DNA from: a virus
Lineage: Duplodnaviria; Heunggongvirae; Uroviricota; Caudoviricetes
Virus record (IMG/VR): IMGVR_UViG_3300023179_003795
Span: 1-64,000 of that record
Strand: one strand, 5' to 3'
DNA: 64,000 bases
This document shows positions 45,728 to 55,869 of the stretch, piece by piece; position 1 is the stretch's first letter; every line of letters begins with the position of its first letter. The notes under the pieces were generated by a model. That model was not told the DNA's origin. It did not search any database and worked only from the letters and a program-made list of their open reading frames with translations. Both the position numbers and the translations under genes were made by a program.

Positions 45728-46304
45728 TTTCAATTTCATCACCCATAATATTAAACAACAACTTACGAGCCCTATTGTGATTTATTTGTGCCATATTCAT
45801 AGCAATTCTTTTCTTATTTACTTCACCAGTATCTTCATCAATTATTGATAACCAACCCTCACCATTCAACACCCTTTTATGTATTAAAGGGTATTTTTTA
45901 AAGTACTCATCAGCATTTTCACTTATTTCAGTAAATTCCATTTGTTTATACCCTGGAGTATCACAATCAACAAAATCGTATTTTGTTTCAAAATAATCAA
46001 GGTATTCCATATTGTAATACTCATCTTTAACCTTTTCAATTAAATTAACACAAAGATTCATTACTTCAGAATCTCTTTTTGCTCTGGTATGATAATCCCT
46101 TTCACCAATGTATTTGGATTGAAACTTTAATTTGGTTTGTAAGATTGTGAAAATATACCAATCACCCCAATCCCTATCTTTCCAAATAATAGGAAACCAT
46201 CTAATTACACTATTAATTGATCGATAAAAATCCCTGATTTTCCAACCAATATTATCCCACCACCAATCGGTGATTTTTTCTAATAAAGTTTCTTTTTCTT
46301 CCAT
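45714..46304 (-). CDS. Hypothetical Trp-rich protein
   Basis: 196 aa (ITDWWWDNIGWKIRDFY ...). Confidence 0.45.
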   Translation of the reverse strand: MEEKETLLEKITDWWWDNIGWKIRDFYRSINSVIRWFPIIWKDRDWGDWYIFTILQTKLKFQSKYIGERDYHTRAKRDSEVMNLCVNLIEKVKDEYYNMEYLDYFETKYDFVDCDTPGYKQMEFTEISENADEYFKKYPLIHKRVLNGEGWLSIIDEDTGEVNKKRIAMNMAQINHNRARKLLFNIMGDEIEKWWE

Positions 46305-46597
46305 TATATTACTTTTTCATACCACCCTTTTTTGGATAGTTTAATTAAAAATACCTTATCTTCATTCGTTAAAGAATTACGATTTTCATAAATCTTATTA
46401 CAAATATCAAACAATCCCTGTTCGGTTGTAGTTCCGACTATTACTTCATCACCATTAACCATATCTTCAACACCTAAATCTTCTTTAAGTGTGTCAAATA
46501 ACTCCCTTTTTTCACTCCTACTTAATTCGTATAGGATATCATCAATATCCACATCCACATTTACTGAAACACTTCCCATATGTCTATATTTTTTCAT
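46304..46597 (-). CDS. Hypothetical protein
   Basis: 97 aa; its stop overlaps the start of the next gene. Confidence 0.4.
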   Translation of the reverse strand: MKKYRHMGSVSVNVDVDIDDILYELSRSEKRELFDTLKEDLGVEDMVNGDEVIVGTTTEQGLFDICNKIYENRNSLTNEDKVFLIKLSKKGWYEKVI

Positions 46598-46628
46598 TTT
46601 ATTACCTCAAAAATTAATGAAATTATTG

Positions 46629-46663
46629 TCCATATCATCACAATAAATGCAATGATATGGACT
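46629..46663. other. Perfect 11-bp hairpin (gtccatatcat-N13-atgatatggac) in the intergenic region
   Basis: Lies between the ClpA-like gene's stop and the start of 46304..46597, with no strong U-tract. Could be a regulatory or RNA-processing site. Confidence 0.3.
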
Positions 46664-46673
46664 ATTTTCTTTC

Positions 46674-48680
46674 TCATTTAACTATTTCTTCTTGCTCTTT
46701 TTTTTTTATTGATACAACAATCTTTTCATCAACATAATTAACAAAAAGTGTTTCACCTTCTTTTATTTCACCCCTTAAAATTTCTTCCGAAATAGTATCT
46801 TCAATATGTTTTTCAATACTACGTTTCAACGGTCTTGCCCCATTTTCAGAATCAAACCCTTCATTCACAACATACTCTTTCATCTTTTCAGATATTTCAA
46901 GTGTATATCCTAATCCAGATATTCTATTCTTCAATCCCATAATTTCCACATCAAAAATTTGGAAGATATGTTCTTTCTCTAATGGATTGAATACAATCAC
47001 ATCATCTAATCTGTTTAAGAATTCAGGTTTAAAGAACTTCTTCAATTCTTTCATTAAAGTAGAATCAATCTTTTCCTTAGAAACACTCTTTTCGTTAGAG
47101 AATCCAATACCCATACCTTGTTCTCTAACTTCCCTTGTTCCCAAGTTAGAAGTCATAATAATAATAGTATTACGAAAATCAATTTTTCTACCAGAAGCAT
47201 CTGTCATAAAACCCTCATCAAATGTTCTTAATAACAAGTTGAAAATATCAGGATGAGCCTTTTCTACCTCATCAAACAATACAACCGAATATGGTTTTCT
47301 TCTAACTTTTTCAGTTAATTCACCACCCTCATCATAACCAACATAACCTGGAGGTGATCCAATTAAACGTGATTGGTTAAACTTCTCAGCGTATTCATTC
47401 ATATCTACACGGATAAGATTATCTCTACCCTCAAATAAATACTCATTTACCGCCTTAGTTAATTGAGATTTACCCACACCTGTCGGTCCTAAAAAAAGGA
47501 ATACACCTGATGGTTTATTTGGATTTTTAACACCCGCTCTTGTTCTTTTAATTGCTTTTGACAATTTAGAAATTGCTTCAGGTTGTCCAATAATCTTTTT
47601 ACCTAACTCAACTTCAATGTTTAATAATTTTTGACCTTCGTTAGTTGTAATCTTAGATAACGGAATGTCAGTCATAATTGAAATGATGTCAGCAATGTCC
47701 GTGTCATTTACAATCGTTTTATTCAATTTCATTGAATCTTGCCAAATCTTACGTTTTAACCCCAATTCTTGATTAACAACATCTTCTTCTTTCTTGATTT
47801 TAGCCGCCAATTCAAATTCTTGAGTTTTAACAACTCTCATCTTTTCCTTTTTAATATCTTCCAATTCTTTTTCAAGTTTGGTAATATCTTCAGGGATAAC
47901 AATATCTTTAATCTGAGTTCTTGAACCTGATTCATCTAACAAATCAATTGCTTTGTCTGGAAGAAATCTATCCGACATATAACGAACTGACAAATTAACA
48001 CAAGCCTTAATTGCTTCATCAGTATATTTTACATTGTGATAATCTTCATAGATACCACGAATGTTATTTAGGATTTGAAGGGTTTCTTCAGGGGTTGGTT
48101 CATTTACCACCACTTTTTGAAATCTACGTTCCATAGCCCCATCTTTTTCAATAGACTCACGATACTCATCAAGAGTGGTAGCACCTATACATTGCATCTC
48201 ACCACGAGCCAACGCTGGTTTAAACATATTAGCGACATCCAATCCTTGCCCACCTGCACCCATAATAGTATGGACTTCATCAATGAAAAGAATAATGTCT
48301 TTACTCTTAGACAATTCAGCCAAAAGAACCTTAACCCTTTCTTCTAATTGACCACGATACTTAGTTCCCGCAACCAAAGCACCGGGTTCAAGTTCAATAA
48401 CCCTTTTGTTTAATAAAGTTCTTGGGGCTTTCTTTTCGTAAATTCTCATAGCCAAACCAGCAACGATTTGTGATTTACCAATACCCGGATCTCCAATAAG
48501 TACTGGATTGTTTTTTTTACGTCTTGTAAGAATTTGAGCAATACGTTCAATTTCTTTGTCACGTCCAATAACCGGATCTAATTTACCCTGTTGAGCCAAA
48601 GCGGTTAAATCCTTACCAAAAGTATCCAATATTGGAGTTTTGTCTGACTTCTTTTCTGAACCATCCATTGTTTCAATCAT
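46674..48680 (-). CDS. ClpA/ClpC-type double-AAA+ ATPase (no N-domain)
   Basis: 668 aa with two P-loops (GDPGIGKSQIV; GPTGVGKSQLTKA), two Walker B motifs (ILFIDEVH; VVLFDEVEKAH), sensor/arginine blocks and a ClpB_D2-small-like C-terminus (GARPLKRSIEKHIED). Confidence 0.85.
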   Translation of the reverse strand: MIETMDGSEKKSDKTPILDTFGKDLTALAQQGKLDPVIGRDKEIERIAQILTRRKKNNPVLIGDPGIGKSQIVAGLAMRIYEKKAPRTLLNKRVIELEPGALVAGTKYRGQLEERVKVLLAELSKSKDIILFIDEVHTIMGAGGQGLDVANMFKPALARGEMQCIGATTLDEYRESIEKDGAMERRFQKVVVNEPTPEETLQILNNIRGIYEDYHNVKYTDEAIKACVNLSVRYMSDRFLPDKAIDLLDESGSRTQIKDIVIPEDITKLEKELEDIKKEKMRVVKTQEFELAAKIKKEEDVVNQELGLKRKIWQDSMKLNKTIVNDTDIADIISIMTDIPLSKITTNEGQKLLNIEVELGKKIIGQPEAISKLSKAIKRTRAGVKNPNKPSGVFLFLGPTGVGKSQLTKAVNEYLFEGRDNLIRVDMNEYAEKFNQSRLIGSPPGYVGYDEGGELTEKVRRKPYSVVLFDEVEKAHPDIFNLLLRTFDEGFMTDASGRKIDFRNTIIIMTSNLGTREVREQGMGIGFSNEKSVSKEKIDSTLMKELKKFFKPEFLNRLDDVIVFNPLEKEHIFQIFDVEIMGLKNRISGLGYTLEISEKMKEYVVNEGFDSENGARPLKRSIEKHIEDTISEEILRGEIKEGETLFVNYVDEKIVVSIKKKEQEEIVK

Positions 48681-48749
48681 AATTTATAATTTTAATGTTG
48701 TTTTTTTTAATAATACAAAGATAGGTAATTATTTTGATAATACCAAATA

Positions 48750-49109
48750 TTAAAATATTTTAATTTTAGCATCAACTTCCTTTAATTCACCCCAATTACC
48801 CATATAGGTGACACCCCTCACTTTTCTATTGTCAATCCAAATGTATTCATCACCATCTTTACATCTTGGTTTATCCGTAATCAATTGGTGGTATTTGAAG
48901 TTGTGTTCATTCAACCAATCCAAAGTTATTTGTCTATCTTTAGTTTCTCGAGCAGTAAAGAATACTATTGTATTTCCCTCACTATACCACTTATTTGTGG
49001 TTTCCTTAGCATTTAAAAATGGTTTAGCGGTAGCGAATAAATGACTTTGTTCGTTTGGAATATCATCACAGATAGTTCCATCAATATCTATAAGAATAAC
49101 TCTACTCAT
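48750..49109 (-). CDS. HAD-superfamily phosphatase (small, DxDGT type)
   Basis: 119 aa with motif I ILIDIDGTICDD, FFTARE and a C-terminal D-containing block. Size and motifs resemble polynucleotide 3'-phosphatase-like HADs. Confidence 0.55.
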   Translation of the reverse strand: MSRVILIDIDGTICDDIPNEQSHLFATAKPFLNAKETTNKWYSEGNTIVFFTARETKDRQITLDWLNEHNFKYHQLITDKPRCKDGDEYIWIDNRKVRGVTYMGNWGELKEVDAKIKIF

Positions 49110-49891
49110 TACCCAAAATATTTAAATAAATCAATTGCGTTTGAACGTATCTTATTAAGACTTTTTTGTTTAATCTGACGAATACGTTCTTTTGTCAAAT
49201 CAAACTCATCTCCAATCGCTTCTAATGTCATTGGTTCTCCATCTATCCCAAAATACATTTTAATAATGGCTTTTTCTTTATCATCCAATTTAGATAATAG
49301 TTTTTCCAACTCTCCTTTGAGATTATCTTGTCCGTTATTTAATTGATGATCCGGCATTAAAGCGTCATCATCTTCAATTATATCCAATAGTTCATCACCA
49401 TCTTCATTGATAATATCAAATATAGATTGTGTTGTTGGAAACATTTCAACCATTTCTTCATCAGAATCTTTGTTTTCTTTCTTAGCCTTTAAATAGTCAT
49501 TTATCTGATTAACAGGGATACGAATATTTCTTGAATGTTCGTTGATAGATTCAATGATAGATTGTTTAATCCACCATACAGCGTATGATATAAATCTATA
49601 ACCTTTAGTTCTATCAAACTTTTCAATCGCTTTTAATAAACCTAAATTACCTTCCGCAATAAGATCGGATAAAGGTATTCCGTTATTTTGATATGTTTTA
49701 GCGATTGATATAACAAATCTTAGATTTGCTTTAATCAATTCTTCACGGGCTTTATTATCCCCACTTAGAACTCTTTCAGTTAGTTCGGCTTCTTCTTCCT
49801 TTGAAATAACGTCAGCGTATTTTCTTATTTCCTTTAAATAAGAACTAATTTGAGATTGATCAATAAAAAAAGTATTGGCAGTATTTGTCAT
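49109..49891 (-). CDS. Sigma-70 family RNA polymerase sigma factor (regions 2-4; RpoS/SigF-like size)
   Basis: 260 aa with region 2 (LRFVISIAKTYQNNGIPLSDLIAEGNLGLLKAIEKFD), region 3 and a region 4 HTH (MTLEAIGDEFDLTKERIRQIKQKSLNKIR). Has an acidic linker insert. Confidence 0.85.
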   Translation of the reverse strand: MTNTANTFFIDQSQISSYLKEIRKYADVISKEEEAELTERVLSGDNKAREELIKANLRFVISIAKTYQNNGIPLSDLIAEGNLGLLKAIEKFDRTKGYRFISYAVWWIKQSIIESINEHSRNIRIPVNQINDYLKAKKENKDSDEEMVEMFPTTQSIFDIINEDGDELLDIIEDDDALMPDHQLNNGQDNLKGELEKLLSKLDDKEKAIIKMYFGIDGEPMTLEAIGDEFDLTKERIRQIKQKSLNKIRSNAIDLFKYFG

Positions 49892-49943
49892 AAAATGTTG
49901 TTTAATTGTTTAATTGTTTAAATACAAATATAGTAAAAAAAGT

Positions 49944-50378
49944 TTAATAAATCAAATTTTTAATTTTTTCTACGTTTTGGTACTGAGCATAATGGACATA
50001 ATTCTTTAAAGAATCTACTTTAATCCATTTATAAGTGTCAAATTCAGGGGTTTTTACACTACCCTCATAAAAATATGAATTACATTTAATATGTAATTTT
50101 TCAATTGGTGTGTCTGTTATAATTAAAAAAGTTTTAATCTTTTTTTTAGAACTTCTATACATTGTAAAATCAAATTCGTGTTTTTCCAATATATTAAGGT
50201 TTGAAAGGGAAATATTGGTTTCTTCCCATAATTCACGAATAGCACAATCAAAATAACTACTATCACTATCATCTAAATGTCCTTTCGGTATAGACCAAGC
50301 GTTTTGATTTGTTACATGACCAACTAAAACCCTATCAATTTCAGTTGAATATAAAAAAATACCACAAGTAATTACCAT
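49944..50378 (-). CDS. NUDIX hydrolase
   Basis: 144 aa with a Nudix-box-like GHLDDSDSSYFDCAIRELWEETNI (G-x5-[ED]-x7-REUxEE). Confidence 0.6.
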   Translation of the reverse strand: MVITCGIFLYSTEIDRVLVGHVTNQNAWSIPKGHLDDSDSSYFDCAIRELWEETNISLSNLNILEKHEFDFTMYRSSKKKIKTFLIITDTPIEKLHIKCNSYFYEGSVKTPEFDTYKWIKVDSLKNYVHYAQYQNVEKIKNLIY

Positions 50379-50782
50379 TAGTTGAATTTTTTTAAGAATT
50401 CCTTTTCTTCTTTCTTTAGGGAATCCATACCTGTCTTACTAATCTTATCTAAAATTGTATTTAAATCTAAAACAACAGATTCTTCTTTTTGTTTTTTAGG
50501 TGTTTTAGTCTTGGTGTTAAACAAATACTTTAATGTTTCTTCGTCAATTTGTAAAGCAATTTCTTTAAACTGCTCTTTTGGGATAAGAATAAACGGAGAA
50601 TCCGCCTCTTTAATCTTTATTTTAAGGTTATCTATGTTGTCTGTTGATTTAAGGGTTAGTAATATAACACTATCACCCTCAGCCATTTTAACAATTTCAT
50701 CACCCAAAAGAATCGTTAGATCTTCACAAATCTGACGATTATTACCGAATATTATCAAGAAATAATTTATCATATTTTTCAT
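50378..50782 (-). CDS. Hypothetical protein
   Basis: 134 aa ORF; its stop overlaps the NUDIX start. Confidence 0.4.
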   Translation of the reverse strand: MKNMINYFLIIFGNNRQICEDLTILLGDEIVKMAEGDSVILLTLKSTDNIDNLKIKIKEADSPFILIPKEQFKEIALQIDEETLKYLFNTKTKTPKKQKEESVVLDLNTILDKISKTGMDSLKKEEKEFLKKFN

Positions 50783-50864
50783 TTTTAGTTTACAAATATA
50801 ATTATAAATATTTTCAATTCCAAAATTTATTTATTTTTTCCAAAATATTATTATTCTATCGGTT

Positions 50865-51236
50865 ATGAAGATAGGAAAAATATACATAAAATTCAACTTT
50901 TATAAAAAAGAAGATGAAATATCAACAAATGAAGTAATTAAATCCGATAAAACACAATACGGAACACTTACTTTTGACAATACCGGAAAACTTGTTGATT
51001 GGTCAGTAGATAAAGATTTACTTAAACAAATTTGTGATCAAGCAGATAGGGAAAGACACGGTGAAGAACAAGCGGATACATTTAATTTCTGTTGGGAACA
51101 TTCCATTAAAAATAAAACAGATTATTCTGACAATGGGGAAAGATTAGTTGGTAAAATGACAGAATCTTGGTTTAATGAATTAATTAAACTTTCAAATGAA
51201 AAAGACACATCACTTATTATATACTCTTGGGACTAA
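50865..51236 (+). CDS. Hypothetical protein
   Basis: 123 aa plus-strand ORF after a divergent intergenic region. Confidence 0.45.
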   Translation: MKIGKIYIKFNFYKKEDEISTNEVIKSDKTQYGTLTFDNTGKLVDWSVDKDLLKQICDQADRERHGEEQADTFNFCWEHSIKNKTDYSDNGERLVGKMTESWFNELIKLSNEKDTSLIIYSWD

Positions 51237-51523
51237 TGAAATTAGAAATTAAAATTGATAAAGAAATTGTGGATTTCTGTAAATTAAACGAGTTGGATTT
51301 ACCTACCTTTATTTACGATTGTCTTGAAAAGGGGTATATCCAAAATAAATGGGGTAGATCCCCTATGGATTCCATTAAAAAGGATACAAGTGAAATCATC
51401 CAAACACCTAAAAAGAAAGGTGGTAGGAAGAAAAAAGAAGAAACTATATCAGAAATAATTGAACAAAAAAAATCGGAGTCTGTTAAACAAACTCCGATAA
51501 ATGATTTATATGGTGAAGATTAA
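51227..51523 (+). CDS. Hypothetical protein
   Basis: 98 aa, overlapping the previous gene by 10 nt. Confidence 0.4.
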   Translation: MGLMKLEIKIDKEIVDFCKLNELDLPTFIYDCLEKGYIQNKWGRSPMDSIKKDTSEIIQTPKKKGGRKKKEETISEIIEQKKSESVKQTPINDLYGED

Positions 51524-51816
51524 TATTGTTCGTAACGATCTTTTTTAATTGGAAAATCACTATTTATTTTATCCAATTCAAATAAATATTTATTACCATA
51601 TTTTATAATACGATCAATGACATTTTGAGCCACTTCTTTTCTTATTTGAAAATTATCCGGTTTTTTTGGTGGCAAGTTTGATATAGAAAAGTTATTTTTA
51701 CCAATATTTCTTTCAGGTGGCTCAACCGTACTTTTAATTCTTGGGTTTGAGACTTCATTCACTATTTTCTTAACAATATTTGTTAAATCCGATTCTTTTA
51801 GTTTAATTGTTTTCAT
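51520..51816 (-). CDS. Hypothetical protein with a leader-like N-terminus (MKTIKLKESDLTNIVKKIVNEV)
   Basis: 98 aa. The N-terminus is near-identical to that of 8535..8975 (MKKIKLTEQDLTNIVKRVISED). Confidence 0.45.
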   Translation of the reverse strand: MKTIKLKESDLTNIVKKIVNEVSNPRIKSTVEPPERNIGKNNFSISNLPPKKPDNFQIRKEVAQNVIDRIIKYGNKYLFELDKINSDFPIKKDRYEQY

Positions 51817-51885
51817 ATCTTCTTTTTTATTATAAATAGTTACTTTTTCAGTTTCTTTAAAATTATGTTTTATTTTTATAAATAC

Positions 51886-53019
51886 TTAATTTTTAGGGAA
51901 TAATTCATCCAACATACCACGTTTTTTAGCCGCATTATACAATTTACTATTTTTAATTCGTAAATCAGGTATACTTTTATAATCACCTTTTTTAAATTCT
52001 TGTCTTACTAATTCTGGTGTCCAGGATATTATGAGTTTATAAGGGATTAATTCATCCAACATACCACGTTTTTTAGCCACATCATATAAGGCAAAATTTT
52101 TAATTTGTAAATCACCTCTACCTTTATAATCACCTTTTTTAAATTCTTGTCTTATCAATTCAGGTGTCCAAGATTTTATGAGTTTATCAGGTATTAATTC
52201 ATCTAACATATTACGTCTTTTAGCTGCAAGATACAAAGCAATATTTTTAATTTGAAAATCAAGTCTACCTTTATAATCACCTTTTTTAAATTCTTGTCTT
52301 ATCAATTCAGGTGTCCAGTCCGTAGTGAGTTTATTGGGTATTAATTCATCTAACATATCATGTCTTTTAGCTGCATGAAATAATTTATTATTTTTTTCCT
52401 CTAAATCACTTCTACCTTTATAATCACCTTTTTTAAATTCTTGTCTTATCAATTCAGGTGTCCAAGATGTTTGTAAGGTATCAGGAATTAATTCATCTAC
52501 CATACCACGTTTTTTAGCCGCCTGATATAAATTACCATTTTTAATTTTTAAATCACTTCTACTTTTATAATCACCTTTTTTAAATTCTTGTCTTATTAAT
52601 TCTGGTGTCCAATATCTTTGTAAGGTATCAGGAAATACTTGTGTTAATATATCATCAACTTTTTTAGTTAAATTATATTTCTTAGATATCTTACCAGCTA
52701 ATTTATATAATTTTTGATTTTTTTCCTTTAAATCGTTTCTACCTTTATATTTAACCAATTTTCCATTTTCATCTATATAACCATCCAATATTTCTTGTTT
52801 AACTTGTTCCGGTGTCATTTTATCATAAAACAATCTTTTAACATACCAAACTAAACCTTGTTTTCTAGCACTATCATATAATTGACTAAATTTAATTTCA
52901 AATTCATCAATATTATTAACTAATTTAACCGCTTGTTTAATTTCTTTCCACCATAGACTAGGAGCACCTTCATTTAATAAAAGTGAATTAAATTGTTGTT
53001 CTGTTATTATTATTCTCAT
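51886..53019 (-). CDS. Tandem-repeat protein (5 x about 49 aa repeats) sharing the 125-aa N-terminal domain with 21673..22752
   Basis: 377 aa. N-terminus is MRIIITEQQFNSLLLNEGA.... Repeats are IPD.L..SWTPELIRQEFKKGDYKGR.DL.IKN..LY.AAKRRGMLDEL x5. Confidence 0.65.
   Translation of the reverse strand: MRIIITEQQFNSLLLNEGAPSLWWKEIKQAVKLVNNIDEFEIKFSQLYDSARKQGLVWYVKRLFYDKMTPEQVKQEILDGYIDENGKLVKYKGRNDLKEKNQKLYKLAGKISKKYNLTKKVDDILTQVFPDTLQRYWTPELIRQEFKKGDYKSRSDLKIKNGNLYQAAKKRGMVDELIPDTLQTSWTPELIRQEFKKGDYKGRSDLEEKNNKLFHAAKRHDMLDELIPNKLTTDWTPELIRQEFKKGDYKGRLDFQIKNIALYLAAKRRNMLDELIPDKLIKSWTPELIRQEFKKGDYKGRGDLQIKNFALYDVAKKRGMLDELIPYKLIISWTPELVRQEFKKGDYKSIPDLRIKNSKLYNAAKKRGMLDELFPKN
52745..53019 (-). repeat. 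Direct-repeat partner of 22465..22752
   Basis: See the paired feature. Confidence 0.75.
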
Positions 53020-53068
53020 ATTTTTATAAATACTTACTTTTTACTTAGAAATTAGTATTATTTAACTT

Positions 53069-55834
53069 ATGGAAAATAAATATAAATCACCAACAATACG
53101 AGTAGAATGGGAAGATTACCCAGAAAACTTTACAAAGGAAAGAAAACTTAGAGTTAAATCATATTTCCAAAAGAAATATAATACCCCAAAAATATCTATA
53201 ATACTTAAACCAAAAAAAGTTAAACAATCAGAACAAACTGAAATTATATCTGAAAACTTATTTGACCTTAACTACCAAAAGAAACTTATTAAAGAATATG
53301 TTTTACTTAATGGTAATAACATCGATTCGGATTTTATTGAACGATTAGATGATAAAGTAAATGAAAGATTAGTCACCAAAAAAGACCTTTCATTCAAAAT
53401 AAATGAATGTAAAATTAAATCAATTCATTTTTCTAATTTCCTTTCATATGGAGATAATAACCAAATAAACTTTGAGAAAATACCAGGTATTACCATTATT
53501 AATTCAAACCCAGGAAATGCCGCAGGTAAAACTACGTTATTAAATGCTATAGTATTCCTCCTATTTGGTTCAACATTCTCCACTAAAAAGAATGAAGAAA
53601 TATTTAACCTATACACAGATAAAAATGAAGTAAAAGTATCAGGTGTAATTCAAATTGACGATCACGATTTTAGATTGGATAGAACACTCACTAGAAAACC
53701 TAAAAAGAAAGGTTCTGCTGAATGGTCTTATTCATCTGTATTTAATTTCTTTAAACTAAATCCTGATGGAACAGAAGTGAATGAAACTGAAGAACAAAGA
53801 AAAGAAACTGAAAAAGTCCTTAAACAAAATATTGGGGATATTGATGATTTTCTTTTAACAATTATCGCTACTTCAGATAACTTAGAAGATTTAATCCACG
53901 CAGGTGCTACTGATAGAGGTAAGATATTTTCAAGATTTATGGGTTTAGATATTTTACAAGAAAAAGGTGATATCGGTAAAACACTTTATACCGAATACCA
54001 AAAAGGTCTTAAATCTAATCAATATAATACTGAACAACTCAAAGGTGAAATTGATTTACATAAAGAAGAAATAACCAAAATAAGGGAAGATATTTTAGAT
54101 AGACAAACCAAAATTGATACAATTAAATTAGATATAATTGATTTAAATACCCAAAAGGATAATTTACTTAAAGATATAATTAAAATCGATCCAGAGGTGG
54201 TTAAATTGTCTTATACAGCACTTTTAGGTGATAAATCTTTATCCGAAACAACATTATTAGAAAAGGAAACACAATATTTAAATCTTAAAACTAATATTGA
54301 TGGATTAGAACACCATTATGAAGAAACCAAATATAATTTTTTATTAGAAAAGGAAAAAGAACTACTATCTATCCTTTCAAAATATAAATCTAACTTAGAT
54401 ACAATTAAGGAAGAAAATACAAAATTAGAACTTAAATTATCTGAAAAGGATTTAATTGATAAAACAATTATTGATTTAGAAAATCAGATTAAAGAAAAAG
54501 AAAGTTCAATTTTAGAACATATGTTTAATCAGGATGTGTTAGATAACATTATAACTGAACTTGGTGTTATTACCAATGAAAGGGCTAATAATAATAAAGA
54601 TATTCTATCCACATTAGATTTAATTAAACAATTAGAAGAAGGTGAATTTTGTCCAACCTGTAAAAGAAAATTAGAAGATGTAGATCATACAGATGAAATC
54701 AACCAATTAAAACAAAAAGTAAAAGATTTAAAGGTGAAAAATGAAACAAATATGTTACTTTTAACCGAACTAAATGGTAAGATTGATATTCAAAAAGGTG
54801 AAAAACTTAAATTGGATAATAACTTATTAATTGAAAGGGGTATTGAAAAATTAAAGTCGTCTATTGATATTAATAAAACCAAATTGGAATCAATGACTGA
54901 AGCTCAAAATACTATTGAAACAAATAAAGGTAGAATAAATAAAGGTGAAGAATTAATTAAAACCAAACAATCTGAATTAGATATCATATTAGAAGATATT
55001 AAATACCAGAAAGAACAAAAAGATATATTGGACACCAAATTAAATAATGAGATTTTACTTTCAAGGATTGAGTTAGATGTAGAAAGATTAAAGAATAAGT
55101 TAAATACAATATTATCAAACATTCAAAAGTACGAAGATAATGTGGTGAATATTGAAAATAACAAAACAATTGAAACAAAGACAAATGTATTACAATTTGA
55201 CATTAATACTAAGTCAGATGAAATGAATGGTTATAATGAAGATGTTGTGGTATTCCAAGTTAATATTGAGAATATTGATAAAACTATTTTGGATAAGGAA
55301 AACACAATTAAAACAATTACTATTGAAGAAAAATATATTAAAACATTTGATTTCTATATTGAAATGTTCGGTAAGAATGGTATTGTTAAATTGATTTTAA
55401 GAGATAAAATACCTTATATCAATGATAGGTTAAATGATTTATTGGGTGATTTAACAGATTTCTCAGTTAATATCCAATTAAACGACAAAAAAGAGTTGGA
55501 TTTTGTTATGACTGAAAATAACACCGGTTTGAATAAGTTTTTATACACCGGTTCAGGGTTTGAAAGGACAATGGGGTCGTTAGCGTTAAGACATATATTA
55601 GTGGAAATAAATTGTTTACCAAAATTCAATATGTTATTTTTGGATGAGATTTTGGGTAAGGTATCACATAATAATTACGATAAAGTGGAAATGTTATTGA
55701 GTAAAATTAAAGATACTTATGATAATGTATTATTTATAACTCACATTGAAGAAACTCGTAATTGGGGTGAATTTGTAATTCAAGTTCTTAAAGAAGATAA
55801 CATATCAAGGATTGATTTAGTGGGGATGAATTAA
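53069..55834 (+). CDS. SbcC/Rad50-family ATPase (T4 gp46-like) with a CxxC zinc hook
   Basis: 921 aa with a Walker A NPGNAAGKTTLLNAIVFLLFG (after a roughly 130-aa N-terminal extension), a long coiled coil, a central EGEFCPTCKRKLE hook, a signature/Q-loop region and a Walker B/D-loop MLFLDEILGKV ... LFITH. Confidence 0.85.
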   Translation: MENKYKSPTIRVEWEDYPENFTKERKLRVKSYFQKKYNTPKISIILKPKKVKQSEQTEIISENLFDLNYQKKLIKEYVLLNGNNIDSDFIERLDDKVNERLVTKKDLSFKINECKIKSIHFSNFLSYGDNNQINFEKIPGITIINSNPGNAAGKTTLLNAIVFLLFGSTFSTKKNEEIFNLYTDKNEVKVSGVIQIDDHDFRLDRTLTRKPKKKGSAEWSYSSVFNFFKLNPDGTEVNETEEQRKETEKVLKQNIGDIDDFLLTIIATSDNLEDLIHAGATDRGKIFSRFMGLDILQEKGDIGKTLYTEYQKGLKSNQYNTEQLKGEIDLHKEEITKIREDILDRQTKIDTIKLDIIDLNTQKDNLLKDIIKIDPEVVKLSYTALLGDKSLSETTLLEKETQYLNLKTNIDGLEHHYEETKYNFLLEKEKELLSILSKYKSNLDTIKEENTKLELKLSEKDLIDKTIIDLENQIKEKESSILEHMFNQDVLDNIITELGVITNERANNNKDILSTLDLIKQLEEGEFCPTCKRKLEDVDHTDEINQLKQKVKDLKVKNETNMLLLTELNGKIDIQKGEKLKLDNNLLIERGIEKLKSSIDINKTKLESMTEAQNTIETNKGRINKGEELIKTKQSELDIILEDIKYQKEQKDILDTKLNNEILLSRIELDVERLKNKLNTILSNIQKYEDNVVNIENNKTIETKTNVLQFDINTKSDEMNGYNEDVVVFQVNIENIDKTILDKENTIKTITIEEKYIKTFDFYIEMFGKNGIVKLILRDKIPYINDRLNDLLGDLTDFSVNIQLNDKKELDFVMTENNTGLNKFLYTGSGFERTMGSLALRHILVEINCLPKFNMLFLDEILGKVSHNNYDKVEMLLSKIKDTYDNVLFITHIEETRNWGEFVIQVLKEDNISRIDLVGMN

Positions 55835-55835
55835 A

Positions 55836-55868
55836 AAGGAAAAGGGACTTAAAGTCCCTTTTTTTATT
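55836..55868. terminator. Bidirectional terminator (aaagggact-taa-agtcccttt + T-run)
   Basis: 9-bp stem and 3-nt loop between convergent genes 53069..55834(+) and 55870..56388(-). Confidence 0.6.
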
Positions 55869-55869
55869 T

